The position numbers and the translations under genes were made by a program. Below the pieces are notes generated by a model that searched no databases, was not told where the DNA came from, and was given only the letters and a program-made list of their open reading frames with translations. Shown here one piece after another: positions 28,640 to 42,744 of a DNA stretch of 64,000 nucleotides. Origin of the DNA: Hemiscyllium ocellatum (taxonomy: Eukaryota); the NCBI RefSeq assembly GCF_020745735.1, contig NC_083401.1, forward strand, positions 131,375,740-131,439,739. The letters run 5' to 3'. Numbering within the stretch: the first letter of the stretch is position 1; the number at the start of each line of letters is the position of its first letter.

Positions 28640-28935
28640 GGGGTCAGTGGTTAGCACTGCTGTCTCACAGCGCCTGAGACCCGGGTTCAATTCCTGACTC
28701 AGGCGACTGTGTGGAGTTTGCACGTTCTCCCCGTGTCTGCGTGGGTTTCCTCCGGGTGCTCCGGTTTCCTCCCACAGTCCAAAGATGTGTGGGTTAGGTG
28801 AATTGGCCATGCTAAATTGCCCGTAGTGTTAGGTAAGGGGTAAATGTAGGGGTATGGGTGGGTTGCGCTTCGTCGGGTCGGTGTGGACTTGTTGGGCCGA
28901 AGGGCTTGTTTCCAAACTGTAAGTAATCTAATCTC
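28640..28935 (+). mobile_element. tRNA-derived V-SINE (HE1-like)
   Basis: A box (tcagtggttagc), B box (ggttcaattcc), V-domain gtgtggagtttgcacgttctccccgtgtctgcgtgggtttcctccgggtgctccggtttcctccc, taatcta tail. Confidence 0.88.
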
Positions 28936-28939
28936 TCTC

Positions 28940-30720
28940 TGAGGAGGTTTAAATGTTTCAACAAAGGAATACTCATTTATGTTAAGTTGATGGATTGTCT
29001 TGCATGGGGAGGTTAGAGAAGCTGGGCTTGTAACAGTTTAGCAAAGCAAAAGGTGAATTCATTGAAGCATGAGAACCTGAGGGATCTTGACAGAGTTGAC
29101 GTGGTGAGAATGTTTCCTCTTATGGGGGAATCTAGAACTAATGGTCACTGTTTAAAAGTAAAGACACCCATTTCAAACAGATGAGACAATTTTTTTTCAA
29201 AGTCCTGAGCTTTTGGAACTGTCTTCCTCAAAAAAGGTGGAAACAGAGCATTTGAGTATTCTCAAGGTTGAGGGGGATAAATTATCGGAAAGTAAAGGTG
29301 TGAAAAGCTATTAGAATAGATGGGAATGTGGATTTGAGTTTGCAATCAGATAACCCATGATCTGATCAAATGGTGGAGCAGGTGCATGGAGCAGAATGAT
29401 CTCCTTGTTTGTATGTAAGTGGGAATCAGAAAAATTGAAAATGAATGTGGAGTCTCTAGCTTAAGGCTAGCGAGTTTTGGGAACAAATGTGGAAATAAAG
29501 TAGTGGATACTACTACAATAATCACGCTGTATTCAATAACTTAATACTGATGAGTTTTATTAAACAGAAATTTGAATTTATGTGTTATCACATCAAAAGT
29601 ATCTCACATGCTAAGAATTACTTGATGTGCAGTGACTGTTTTGGAGACAAACATGCAATTTTCCAAAAGACATTTGATAAGGTATCAAACATAAAACTAG
29701 GATAAAAGGGACATTCTTAGGATGACAATCTGTTATGAATGGAGTGCTATAGAGATCAGTGCAAGGGCCACAATTATTTACAATACATAGTAGTGACTTG
29801 GATGACAGAAGTGAATGTACTGTCAGCAAGCTTAGAGATGTTCCAAAAATAGGTTGGAAGGCAAATAACAATGCTGACATGAAGAGTTTACAGAGAGTAT
29901 AGACAGTTTAAACGAGTGGACAAAAACTCGACAGATGGGATATAATGTGGGAAAATCTGTGAAGTTGCACTTTGGCAGAAGGAATAGAGGATATTATTTA
30001 AATGATATAAGACTGCAGAAAGTAACATCATGGGGATTTGGGGATCCTCATGCAAGAATGACAAAAGGTCAGCATCCAACTTCACTGCGTAATAGAGAAG
30101 ACAAAGGCACTTTTGGCCTTATGTCAAAGGGAATGGAGTATAAAAATAGATAGTTCTTACTAAAAGTGTACAAGGCAATAGGTAGACCATAGCTAGAATA
30201 CTGTGAACAGTTTTGTCCTCTTATCTAAGGACATATATGCTGCCATTGGCTCTTTTATCCTGGGTTTGTGGAGATTTTCTGATGGAGAGAGGTTGTGTAG
30301 GTTGAGCTTGTACTCATTGGAGTTTAGTAGAATGAGAGGAGAACTTACTGATGCATTTATAATGTTTGGGGTAGAGCTCAGTATGGTAGATGCTATGAGG
30401 TTGCTTCCCTTGTGGGAGGGTCTTGGACCCGAGGACATAATCTCAGAGTAAGGAGTCACCTATTTAAAACAGAGATGAGGAAGAATTTCTTCTTTCAGAC
30501 AGTAATGAATATTTGGAATTCTTTTCCACAGAGGGCTTTCAAGGCTGGGTCATTAACTATACTGAAGGCTGAGATAGACAGATTTTTAATGAGTAAGGCA
30601 ATCAAAGGTTATGTTGAAAAGGCATCAAAGTAGAGTTGAGGATTATTAAATCGGTCATTTTCATATTGAATGGCAGAACAGGAGCGATGGGCTGAATGGC
30701 CTACTTCTGTTCCAACATCA
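28940..30720 (+). mobile_element. Degraded CR1 fragments (about 28940-29400 and 29620-30720)
   Basis: YNVGKSVKLHFGR, LYSLEFSRMRGEL and MRKNFFFQTVMNIWNSFPQ remnants. Confidence 0.75.
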
Positions 30721-31105
30721 TATGGTCCTCTTGTCCTAGAGAAAATATCAAGACCAGCTCTTGTTGGGGGGAAGGGAGTTATATTGAACCTTACAAATAT
30801 GTCTCCCCGAAGGAGATGTGTTCACCACTTCAGATAATGAAGGAGACAACCCCACCGAAACAATCCTGGCCAATGTTTATATATACACTTTATTACAATA
30901 ACTGCCAAGTTTTTTTATGGAAACAAAATGAAATTCCTAAACATAAGCTCCATGTTTTATTGACTTAAAGGGTAAAGACATTTGCTTTAAAGGGAATTGT
31001 AAAACAGAAACATGACATGAATGTTGTTACTTTAATACATTTTGTGTGCTTTAATTTTTCTTTGGTCATGTCCTTCAACTGTAAATGTAGTTTGTCCTCT
31101 GGTAA

Positions 31106-31357
<252 letters not shown>

Positions 31358-31480
31358 TAAGAACAATTTTGTTTATAAACCATAGAAATACTTGAATGAA
31401 AGCTATATATATTGCAGAATTAAAATTTTGAAATGCAACCAGCATCTTTTAAAATTTGGTCTCCTGTAGTCACTAGTTTT

Positions 31481-31791
31481 AGATTAGATTCCCTACAGCA
31501 TGGAAACAGGCCCTTTGGCCCAACAATTCCACACCGACCCTCTGAAAAGCAACCCACCCCAACATTTACCTGCTGACTAATGTACCTAACACTACAGGCA
31601 ATTTAGCATGGCCAATTCACCTAACCTGCACATCTTTGGACTGTGGGAGGAAACCAGAACACCCGGAGGTAACCCACGCAGACACGGGGAGAATGTGCAA
31701 ACTCCACACAGACAGTCACCCAAGGCTGGAATCGAGCCTGGGACCCTGGTGCTGTGAGGCAGTAGTGCTAACCACTGAGCCACCATGCCAC
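31481..31791 (-). mobile_element. V-SINE (HE1-like)
   Basis: Full reverse-complement copy of the same SINE. Confidence 0.88.
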
Positions 31792-31976
31792 TCCAAAGTA
31801 ACTGAAGGAATGAAGCACCGGGCAGTGCCCATAGTTAACTGGACGTGAACATGCAACCAGACGAATTTCAAGGAAAAATCGAAGAAACTACTGAGCTAAA
31901 CCGGTGCCTTTCCCGTCACTTTTTGTGATGCACTACTTTTTAAATATTTGTTTATAAAATTGTTTGATAAGTTTAC

Positions 31977-32218
31977 ATTAGATTAGATTAGATTCCCTAC
32001 AGTGTGGAAACAGGCCCTTCAGCCCAACCAGTCCACACCGACCCTCCGAAGAGTAACCCACCCAGACCCATTTCTCTCTGAATGATGCACCTAACACTAT
32101 GGGCAATTTAGCATGGCCAATTCACCTAACCTGCACATCTTTGGACTGTGGGAGGAAACTGGAGCACCCGGAGGAAACCCACACAGACACAGGGAGAATG
32201 TGCAAGCTCTACACAGAC
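31977..32218 (-). mobile_element. V-SINE, 5'-truncated
   Basis: (ttaga)n tail and V-domain; tRNA head missing. Confidence 0.85.
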
Positions 32219-33194
32219 TACATACTGTTACATTTATTATTGATGTGAAAACTAAAACTATATAGAAAATGCTGAAAATAGGGGCAGTAGCATTAAAGTG
32301 CAGCAATGTGGTTTTGTGTCAGGGAAGTCCTAATTTCCAGGGGGCTAAAGTTGCAAATCTGTTGAAAGTCCGACAGCAGTGTGGCCTGGCCATTGGAGCA
32401 AGCAGACCCAACCCAGATACAACATTTTTCCCCCAAACCATAAGTTTCGCTGGGGTCTCATTTGGATGGATGTTCTGGTCACTCTAAAAGTGGTCTGTGA
32501 TGCTGCAGCAGCCATGAGTGAGGACAGATGAAAGGGTATTTCAACTTCATGATGGTGAATTACAGGGACCACTGAAGCCTCTGTTTATAAGATTGTTACC
32601 AGTGGGAAAACCTAGCCAGAGTTCAGCCCTCTATTATTGTTTGGTAAATTTGGCACTCACCTCTGAGGCCTGAGTCATGAGCTAGACTCCAGCCAAATGT
32701 CTGCCCATTGGAGCCTCCCCCGACAAAAGGGGCCATGGGGCCAATGTTTAAAAACAGTCATAGCCAATGGCACCAATTATAGAATCTCAAACCATTTAAT
32801 ACCTTTTTTTTGACAATATCTCCTTACCACCACACCTTCCCTTTCAGGTCCCCAAGATGCACCCTAAAAGGAATGGGTTAAGTTGGGGTCAACACTAGTG
32901 TGGTAGTTGGGTGACTCCAGCAGAGTCAGGGGCAGAGTTCACGCTCCCTGAGCCGTTCCCTTGCATTTCATTGGGATGGAGGATTTCCAGCTGTTATATC
33001 TGCTGAAACTACCAGACGCTTGAGGCATTGAGGCCATTGCAGAGGCAGCCAGCAATAAATGAAGCATGAAAGGATTTTCGGTTCCGGGGGTTTCACACTG
33101 GAACTTACATTCCAAATCATAGGAAGGCAAACAGCACTTGAAACAAATTGTGCACACAATGGAAATTGATCCAGGTTTTGGTAAAAAAACATGA

Positions 33195-33383
<189 letters not shown>

Positions 33384-34033
33384 TGACAGTGAAGATCATA
33401 ATAAATGCAACCAAGGAACTTAACTCATCATATCCTAAACATGCTGAGAGATAAACTCCAGTTGTCTGTTCACTGACACCATGGGCTTGATTTTCCTCAG
33501 CCCTCCTGAGCATAATATGGGAGTATTGTGGTAGAAGAGAAGGGAAAACAGATGGGAAAGCTTTTCCACTCCTCACCCCCTCCCAAATCCCACTCAATCT
33601 CTCTTCAATGCTACTATTTGTGCACTCAGCTGTGAGCCCAGCCCTGCATGTGCCCCGTGAATCTTTCCTACATGAAATAGTAGGGAAGATGAGGTAGACA
33701 AAGTTACCTTCCTGGTACAGTACAGTCAACCTCAGATAAAATCAGCAAAGGGATAGCAGCTTGGTGTTGAACAAACACATCACTTTGTCCTTTATAGGTT
33801 GGGGAAATCTTGGATTTTCTCTCCTCCATGGGGTTGATGAATGGAGGAGGGGTAGGGACAGTCAGAAGCAAGCATTTTCATATAGCTGATCAAATGGGCT
33901 GCTATCTGTTTCCTAACATCAACTAATCATTTTATGATTGTCATCCAGGAACTCACAATGAAAGCCCCAGCTGCACCAAGAAATGGTACCCATTTTGAGT
34001 AGGTTTGTCAACATGACTTTTTATGTCAAATGA

Positions 34034-34408
34034 AAAATCACACAACACCAGGTTATAGCCCAACAGATTTATTTGGAAGCACTAGCTTTGGGAGTGCCTA
34101 TTGTCAAAGTTCACTTGAGAATGCAACTTTAAGAAAGTTCTGGAATTTACATATGAAAGAACTGAGACCAAATTGCCCATTCTTAAAGATGAGAGACTTA
34201 ACAAAAAATCCAAGGCTTTTTCAATATATAATTTTAATTACATCACACTGCAAACTTTTGCTATAAATTTGCATGTCTTACAATCTTATACTCCACAACC
34301 ACCTGATGAAGGAGCAGTGTTCTGAAAGCTAGTGCTTCCAAGTAAACATGTTGGACTATAACCTGACTTTGTACACCACAGTCCAACAATGGCACCTCCA
34401 AATCATAA
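34034..34408 (+). mobile_element. Penelope-like terminal repeat (family B) with short inverted 5' part, TSD and hammerhead motif
   Basis: GTCAAATGA at 34025-34033 and 34409-34417; hammerhead motif at 34300-34334. Confidence 0.78.
34300..34334 (+). ncRNA. Minimal type I hammerhead ribozyme motif
   Basis: cac-CTGATGA-a-ggagc(agt)gttct-GAAA-gc-TA^-gtg. Stem I cac/gtg; stem II 5 bp with two G-U pairs; palindromic AGCU stem III. Confidence 0.6.
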
Positions 34409-35032
34409 GTCAAATGATGCCAAATAAAGGGGGCCAAATCAGATTTGGGAGAGCCAGTTTCGCTGATTAGAATTGGCCTACCAGTGAGAGACTGGGCAAT
34501 CAGCTCTCAAGATAGGCCCAACCTGTGGTAACAATGGGAAATATAAAACTTAATAGTGGGAACACATTGGTAGCATTAGTAAAAACTCACCTTGCTCACA
34601 AAACAGAATCACATCAGGAAGAATACAGTTACAATACAGAAAAGTTGGGTATACTGTAAAAAATGAATGAAGATAATCTATTATAGAGCCAGAATGAAAT
34701 GACAATCCAAGTGGCTTCATATACTCATTGAGCTTCATTCTTCGGCTTCCTAACACTTTCCTAGTCTCATACGACAAACCTAAATCCAGCATTTTTTCTT
34801 TTCCCTGGGGACTAAGTTTGATTGCTAAATTTGCCTTTGATAACCTAGACATTGTGTGGACATTAAATAAATGTTCAAGGAACTTTCAGATGAATTATTC
34901 TCCCCATTCACTGTGTATCAGAACTTGCAAACTGTCAATTTCTTCCTTTTATCATTGCTTAGCTTTCAGAGCAGTAGTAGAGATTTTAAGAAAATGGAAG
35001 ACGTTTTGTTAAGTGAGGCTTTAAAGTAAAAT

Positions 35033-35795
35033 CAGTCATAGGGATACAGCACAGAAACAGACCCTTCAGAACTACTCATCTGCTCTGACCAGGTATCCTA
35101 TATTAATCTAGTCCCATTCACCAGCATTTAGCCCATATCCCTTTAAATCCTTCCTATTCATTTACCCATCCAGATGCCTTTTTAAATTTTGTAATTGTAC
35201 CAGCCTCCACCACTTCCTCTGGTAGCTCATGTCATACACGAATCAACCCATGCATGCAAGCGTTACCACTCGGATCCCTTTTAAATCTTTACCATGGCAT
35301 CTTAAACATACGCCGTCTAGTTTCAGACTCCCATACCCTGGGATAAAGACCTTGGCTTTCACCATATCCATGCCCCTCATGATTTTATAAATCTCTATAA
35401 GGTCACCCCCTCAGCCTCTGACTCTCCAGCCCCAGCCTGTTCAGCCTCTCCCAATAGCTCAACCTCCAATCCCGGCAACAATCTTGAAAACCTTTTTTTG
35501 AACCCCTTCAAAGTTAATAGCATCCTTCCTATCGCAGGGCGACCAGAATTGTACACAGTACTCTAAAAGTAGCCTCACCCATGTCCCATACAGGTGCAAC
35601 ATGACCTCCCAACTCTTATACTCAATGCATTGATCAATGAAGGCAAGCATGCCAAACACCTTCTTCACTATCCTGTCTTCCTGTGACTCCACTTTCTAGT
35701 AACTATGAACCAACACTAGGTTTCTTTGTGTGGGAGCACTCCCCAGGGCCCTATCATTAACTGTCCTGACCTGGTTTGCCTTATCAAAATGCAGT
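35033..35795 (-). mobile_element. CR1 3' fragment
   Basis: KKVFGMLAFI...LLEYCVQFWSP; same 3' end as the 27378-28012 copy. Confidence 0.88.
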
Positions 35796-36049
35796 TTTTC
35801 AAGAAATCCTTAAAAACAATGGCATAAAGTTCAATCTTATAAATCAAGCAGGTAGCTGAGAGTCAAATGGAGCTGAGTCAATTTCAGATTGAGTTAGCCA
35901 ATCTTCGCTGCAGTTGGGATACTCTCATGTAGCCACAGAGCCCCTTGGACTCTCCACTGTTTGTGCTCAGTTGCTTCTCCTGTGGAACCTGCTACACAAT
36001 GCACTTGTGTGAAAGTTAGTCATTGCAGCACTCAAGGATGTGCACCTGT

Positions 36050-36070
36050 TCTCTCTCTCTCTCTCTCTCT
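36050..36070. repeat. (CT)n microsatellite
   Basis: About 10 CT units. Confidence 0.9.
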
Positions 36071-37532
36071 GTCTCCAGTCAGTCATATTTCAGCAAGTCA
36101 AGTGAGGATACGATTCAGCCTGGGAATTGTTGCCTCATTTGGAGCACTGATGCTTACACGTCCAAACGTTTGGTCATTTGGACAAAGTGTTGCTTAGAAA
36201 CCATGTCCCAAAAGAAGGCAATCCCTTCTCAAGAGAAGAATGAGAGTGAACTTCTTTCATATAGTCATAGAGTTTTCACAGCACAGAATGTTGGTGCCTG
36301 TCACCAAACATCCATGTATTCTAATTCCATTTTCCAGTTCTTGGCCTATGCTGTTGCATTTCAGGTGTTCATCTAAATTGCTCTTAAGTGACATGAGGGA
36401 ATATCAGAAAGTTTTCAAGATTCTTGTGTAGGTTCGGTCTGTTCATTTAAAGTGTTAATGGCTACTTTTGTCAGGGCACAAGGTCAAGTGGAATATTGTT
36501 GAAAAAACACATATTTTGTCCAAGCTTTTCATCTTGTACTCATCAGAACAATTCCCAAGAAATACCGAAGTAAAGGGAAAACAACATCAGTAGAATGTGA
36601 GGAGACTGTGCTGATTGATTGGCAAATGAACTCTGATTGATAGAGGTGTTACTGTGGACAATGCACCAGTTATTTATGACTGTTATACACAGTATAGTGC
36701 TAACAGCAGGCAAAGGCATCTTCTTTCTCACATATTATGCCTCTTAGATATTTTTAATCAAGACATTCAAATATATTATGGCAAATGTCCTTGGCAGATG
36801 GGACTTGACCCCAGAAGTAGGAGCACTGTCATTGTGCTACAAGAGCCCATGAGTAAACCTTCAATTAAGCCTCTGTATCCTTGCACAGTAAATATGGATC
36901 ACCTACCGTCCCAATCAATTTGGTATATTTTAACATATAAGATGAGTGACTGAAGCATTATTCACTTTCATCATCTTTCCTACTGAATAACAATGACGCA
37001 TTTCAATATCCAATACCTGCTGCGTTTCTCAACATTATTAAAATTCTGTCAGCATTACTGTTCTGATTCTGTGTGTTTCTGCAATAAAACTGTCAAAACC
37101 AAGCAGTTGAGAAAGATGTAGTCACTTTTGCTGCTGTTGATAATGTCATGGGTTCACATGGCTCTGAGAGAGTGGTTGCAGTAACTAAGCTGCCATTGTC
37201 ATTGACAGATCAGTTGTTTCTTATTTTCTTGCACATCGTTTGACATGATTAGAATTACAGTCAGCGAAACTCTAGTACTGGTCGTGGCATGGGAGACTCA
37301 TCGAAATTGGAAATGGGCTGGCAGTGGGGTCAAGTGGCATACACATAATCTCAAACCCTGCTGCTCCACTACATGAGGGCACACAGCCTGGTAATGACAG
37401 CAGATGTATTTCAAAGAAGGCTTCAATCTCTTTCAGAAAGATTACTGCATAATGAATAGCATGTCAATGACATTTAACTGTTGATGTGGCCTCAATTTTC
37501 ATACATTAGGTTGTTTCAAGATTAATAACAGA

Positions 37533-37795
37533 ATCATAGAATCCCTACAGTGCAGAAAGAGGCTGCATCGATTCTCTGAAGAGCATCCCATCCTATCCCT
37601 ATAACCCTTGCATTTACCATGGCTAATCCACCTAGCCTGTACATCTTTGGAGTCTGGGAGAAAAACTGGAACACCTGGTGGAAACCCACACAGACAATGT
37701 GCAAACCCCACAGCAACAGTCTCCCAAAGCTGGAATTGAACCAAAATCCCTGGTGCATATGAGACAGCAGTGTTAACCACTGAGCGACTGTACCA
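37533..37795 (-). mobile_element. V-SINE, diverged
   Basis: gagacagcagtgttaaccactgagc head and V-domain remnants. Confidence 0.8.
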
Positions 37796-38459
37796 CTCAG
37801 ACTTGTGGGGGAGTGTGTGCAGGTATCTAAAAATACACATACTTTCCCATGCACTTCAATCTCAACTCAAAAAACTGGAACAGCAAGTGTGATTCATAAG
37901 TCAATCTGGAAATTGCTTTCCAGGAGCTCTCGAGTCCTTTGTCAGTTCCAATAAGGGTCACTGCCAGAGAGGGCACGCAGAGTCCTACATCAGGGGATTT
38001 GGTGTTGTGACTTAGGACCAGATAAGGATAGCATTAGCAATCAGCACATCCAGCGAAGAGCAGTCTGCCGAAGAGTATTCCTGGATCCCTAAAATGGGAT
38101 CATGGTCTGGAAGCTCAATGTGTGGTCATTTAATAAAGCAGCTGATGTGAGAGCCTCCACAATTATGTAGGCTTGACCACAATGTTTCTCACCCTAACTG
38201 AGCCTATAATGTGGAAAATTAATGGGTCATTAACTTTGACATTCATAAGAAAACAGCGTCACTTTTGAAAGGCGTGAATCTTGTAAACATTGATATGCAG
38301 AGAGACTTTGATATGCTGTGATAAGGAATTAATTAATCAGGGCAGGTACAACAGTGAAAGCAAGTGGTGTGTTGCACTTTCTGGCAAGTGCATGGAAGCA
38401 GAAGGAATCCTTACTACAGTTGGCTTTGGTGAGACCACAGCTGGAGTACAGTGCATAGT

Positions 38460-38770
38460 TTTGTCTATACAGAAACCACACAGTGCAGAAAGAGGCCTTT
38501 TGTCCCAACCCTCTGAAGGGCATCCCACCTCTCCTTGTAACCCCACATTTTCCATGGCTAATCCACCTAGCCAACACTTCCCTATATGCTACAGGTCAAT
38601 TGAGCATGGTCAATCCATCTAATCTGCACATCTTTGGACTGTGAGATGAAACTAGAACACTCAGAGGAAACCCACATAAGCACAGGATGATTGTGCAAAC
38701 TCCACGCAGACAGTCAGCCAAGGCTGCAATCGAACCTAGGTCCCTGGCACTGTGAAGCAGCAATGCTTTA
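38460..38770 (-). mobile_element. V-SINE, diverged
   Basis: ctgcacatctttggactgtg...gtgcaaactccacgcagacagtc. Confidence 0.8.
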
Positions 38771-38809
38771 TTGTGCCAGTATGCTGTCCTCACTGTGCCA
38801 CAGTGTCAC

Positions 38810-39260
38810 CCTTTTATAGAAGGATATATATGTATTGGCGATAGTATAATTTAAGGTTCGCTAGATTGGTTCCTTTGATAAAAGAGTTGGCTTGTAAATC
38901 TGATTGAAACAAAAAGGATTCTGAAGGAACTTAACCAGGTTGGCCCTGAGGAGTGTTTTCCCATGTCTGGAGAATCTAGACACGGGCATACCTTCCTTAT
39001 ACAAAGTTGGTCATTTTGTACTGAGTTGAGAACTTCCTTCTCTAACGAGTTGTGAATCTTTGTAGTTCGTTTCTCCTGGGGTTTGTGGATTCTCCATCAT
39101 TAACTCTATTTATGGCTGGATCAGGTCTCGGGGAATTGACGCATATGGAAATTAGATGAGTAAGCGGAGTTGAGGCAAAAGATCAACTCAGCTCTGTCGA
39201 ACAGCAGAGCAGGTTCAGGGGACGATATGGTCTACACCCCCTTCTATTTGTTATGTTCTT
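38810..39260 (+). mobile_element. Degraded CR1 3' fragment
   Basis: ggagaatctagacacgggcata...gttgtgaatctttg...tatgttctta, similar to other CR1 3' ends. Confidence 0.6.
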
Positions 39261-39884
39261 ACAGAGCTTGATGATCAGAATGACAAAGTCTTAATAAAAT
39301 GACTAAAACTTTAACAATGTTACCACCAATGTAGCAAGGAGGAATGATGCATTGGCTATACATTTCACTCCCTTTATAAAAAATGTCACAGCTTTACTAT
39401 TTTGTAGCACTTCTGAAGTTGTACAAGAAAGATAATTCACTCACTTTATTCTTGCAACTTACCATTGAACTTGTTTGCTGTTTCCAATAACACTGATCTC
39501 AAATGTAAATACTGATCTCAGATGTCTCAATGTGACCTTTCTCTAAGTATCACCAGGAATAAAATAAATTAAAAGGAAGAAGATGCTAACTCTTCAATTG
39601 ACAAGTTGTTCATGGGATTAGTAGATAACTTGTAACTGATTGATAGTGTATGAAGACAGCTGTGATTGACATGAAACTTGATCTGCTGAACACTGGTACA
39701 ACTTCCCCACAGCAGTGCAGACTCACTGAGAGCTGATCACTGCACAAGCAGGAGAAAAAAATGAATTATTTCCATTTCAATGTCTTAGACGCATTCTCAA
39801 CATATCTTAGCAGAACAAGGGTCATTGTCTCTGAGGTCCTAGGGCATGCTTATTGACTGCTAAGCTAACAATTCCTCTGCTGAC

Positions 39885-40330
39885 TCCGACACATTCATCA
39901 GAACGATGGTGCCCATATTCCCAATGACCTTCTGTATGGAAAACTGGGCATTGGGTCCCAACCTCCTAGCAGTCCATACCTCAACGACAGGTACACCAGC
40001 AAGTGACATATCAAGATGCCATACATTGATAAGAACAACTGGGTGACAGTCCCTGATAACTGTGACAATTGGAGGCTGACCATTTGGAAAGGAATTGAAG
40101 GGTGAGCTGAAATTAAACGTTCAGCTGTCGAAAAAGGCAGCCCAGACAATAGAGAGGCCAGCAAACTGGCCACATTCTCTGGGCACTCCTGCAACAAGGG
40201 TCGCAGAGACTTCCATGTTAGAGTGGAATTCCTGAGTTACACCATTGTCTTCCACCAATAGCTGACTGCGTATCGCTGCACCCAACAACCAGTTTGTAGA
40301 TCTTAGTGACTTGTTATAGATCAGGGACAG
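39885..40330 (+). mobile_element. RTE-clade LINE 3' fragment
   Basis: gatggtgcccatattcccaatgaccttctgtatggaaaactg reads DGAHIPNDLLYGKL, like the RTE DGRIPKDLLYGEL motif. Confidence 0.65.
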
Positions 40331-40736
40331 GAAACCAATTCGCCTTATCGAAAAAATCATGCAGAGGACACTACTCTGAACTCAATGCATATAGTACAGG
40401 AGAGAATATCATTGATGGGAAAAAAATAAAACCGAGGTGCAAATCAAACATTTTCAGTTGTATATTGCCTTTTGAACTGGCTGAATTTCTCTGGAGCCAC
40501 ACAGACACTTTTGGAGTTATTTGTCACATTTTCCAAGTTTGTTGACATGTAGTAACTCACAGTTAAATCATTGATAATACTGAATCAGTGAGTTTGGACG
40601 TATGTTAATTAATAATGCAATAGTGGGATAATTGTGAAAAGTATATGATTCTAACTTTAAATGAGGAATAGAGAGATGGGCTGAAATGTAAATTTCCATG
40701 CCATTCTATGTAATATATATGACCTTTGTTTTATAG

Positions 40737-40832
<96 letters not shown>

Positions 40833-41169
40833 TGATCATATAAGTTTGATAATCTTACATAACATTTTTCCAAGTATGATGGTTATTGCCATATTCACTA
40901 AATTGTGAGAAATGACAGACAGATCTTCAAATGGCGTTCAGCATATAAATTGATTGAATTGAATATAAATCAATTCTAGATACTTTTGAGATGTTATTAC
41001 TCGCCTTGAACTTGGACCTCCTGGCTCCGAAGTAGAGGCACTACCACTGAACCACAAGAGGCCTCGGTCAGCAGATTCTAGAGTAGTCAAGTGATCTGTA
41101 ACTCCTGAGCAGAACATTGAAAATCTACCCTGCTGTATTTAAACAATGAATAGAGCTGAAGAATTTCAA

Positions 41170-41400
41170 ATCAAAGCAAAATACTGCAAATGCTGGAAAT
41201 CTGAAATAAAAACAGAATGTGCTGGAGAAACACATCAGGTGTGGCAGCATCCTTGGGGAGAGAGAAACAGAGTTAATGTTTTGTGTTCAACGTGACGTTT
41301 TTCAGAAATGACACTGCAGCACTTTAACTTTTATTACTGGAGAAACCCAGCAGCTCTGTCAGCATGTAAGAGAGAGAAACAATTAACATTTCATCTCAAA
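41170..41400 (-). mobile_element. Penelope-like terminal repeat (family C), about 1.5 copies
   Basis: aaagcaaaatactgcaaatgctggaaatctgaaataaaaacagaatgtgctggagaaac; same family as 1375-1602, 11180-11275 and 49055-49172. Confidence 0.65.
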
Positions 41401-42569
41401 ACTGATTCCATCCAAACTTAAAAATCAATATTTGTAAACATAAAGCAAGAAATAAAGGATATTTCTGTCAGTACCCAATATTCCAGTTAGTGATAGCAGC
41501 CACTAATAATTGAAACAACTTTACAATTGCCTACATTGAATTTCTCTTAAAGGAGCACATTAGAGTAAATATGAATAAGTTGTTAAGATTACTGAAGAAT
41601 CCCATGATTTCAGATTTTTAATATCAGAATGCTTATTCAAATCAATTTAAAATAAATGCACCTACATCTTTAGACAACTAAAGCCCTACCCTCCATTCAA
41701 ACACAATTATAGATGGGGAACAAGGCATAAACATCTGGGGACAAAGATGGAATTGAAATTCTACAGAAATAGTGAGAGAAGTAGTCCCATTATGATGGGT
41801 CACATGGGTTATGCCTGCCATTCTAAGCCTTCTCACTGTAATTCCAATCTCAAACCCAAGTACTCTTGTATCTGGCACAATAGTATCAGCTATCTCAGGG
41901 AGGAGATAAATACCAGATCATTCTGAGAGGTGATGGCTAAGGGCCAGATTGGACAAAGTATGTTGGATAGAATTTTGTCCTCAAGGAAGAAAGGAGCAAT
42001 TTTCTTCAAGAGTAAGTAATTTGCATTCTGCATTAATGGGACCTTTAATAGACTGACTACTGAGTCGATGCTGCCTCTGTACAGACCCTGTGCCAGCTGA
42101 ACTTCCTGGGATTAACTGGAAAGAATCCAAGCTGCAATCCCAGATTTGCTCACACTTGGAGTTCATTTGCTTCAAAACATTTAATGCAATGGGGTCTAAA
42201 CTTGGCTGATCTTCCCATCCCAAACAGCAGGCCTCTTGCTGAAATTGTGTCTCCTGATATATAGCACCCACCGTTTCTCATCAGATTTTCCTTGTAACAA
42301 GTCAGTTCCCTGTACTGAACCAAATGGAATTAAAACCCTTTTGTCTCCAGAGTAACTTTGCCCTAAACAGCAGTGAGTTACTGTTAAACCTTAAAGCAGC
42401 ATCAAATGACCTGATTCATAATAAGGCAATCCACATTCCAGAGATAATGTGTTACAACCTGCCAAGAGAAATATATATGTCAAAGAGATTGAGTGTCTTG
42501 GATACCAGTAAATGTGACTTCAGTGAGTACAGAGTGCCTGCTCAAAGATACATGTCACATGACACGAAG

Positions 42570-42710
42570 TTATAGTTCAACCGTTTTATTTGAAATCGCA
42601 AGCTTTTAGAGCGCTGTTTCACCTGATGAAAGATGTGTTGGCCTATAACCTGGTGTTGTGTGACTTCTGACTCCGTCCATCCTAGACCAACACCGGCACC
42701 TCCACATCAA
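42570..42710. mobile_element. Degenerate inverted family-B repeat
   Basis: cacctgatgaaag...ctataacctggtgttgtgtgact, preceded by its reverse-complement remnant. Confidence 0.6.
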
Positions 42711-42744
42711 AGTGTATATGATTGAGCAGGTCTGAGACTTAGTT

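Noticed and set aside
31069-31090. Second U12-like branch and AG (tgtccttcaac...gtag) 46 nt upstream of the exon
   Set aside because: Poorer match to the branch consensus, and it would shift the frame; no support from sequence alone.
36875-36882. GTATCCTT motifs at about 36875 and 61617
   Set aside because: No JNK-like exon precedes them and they lie downstream of the U12 acceptor; chance matches.
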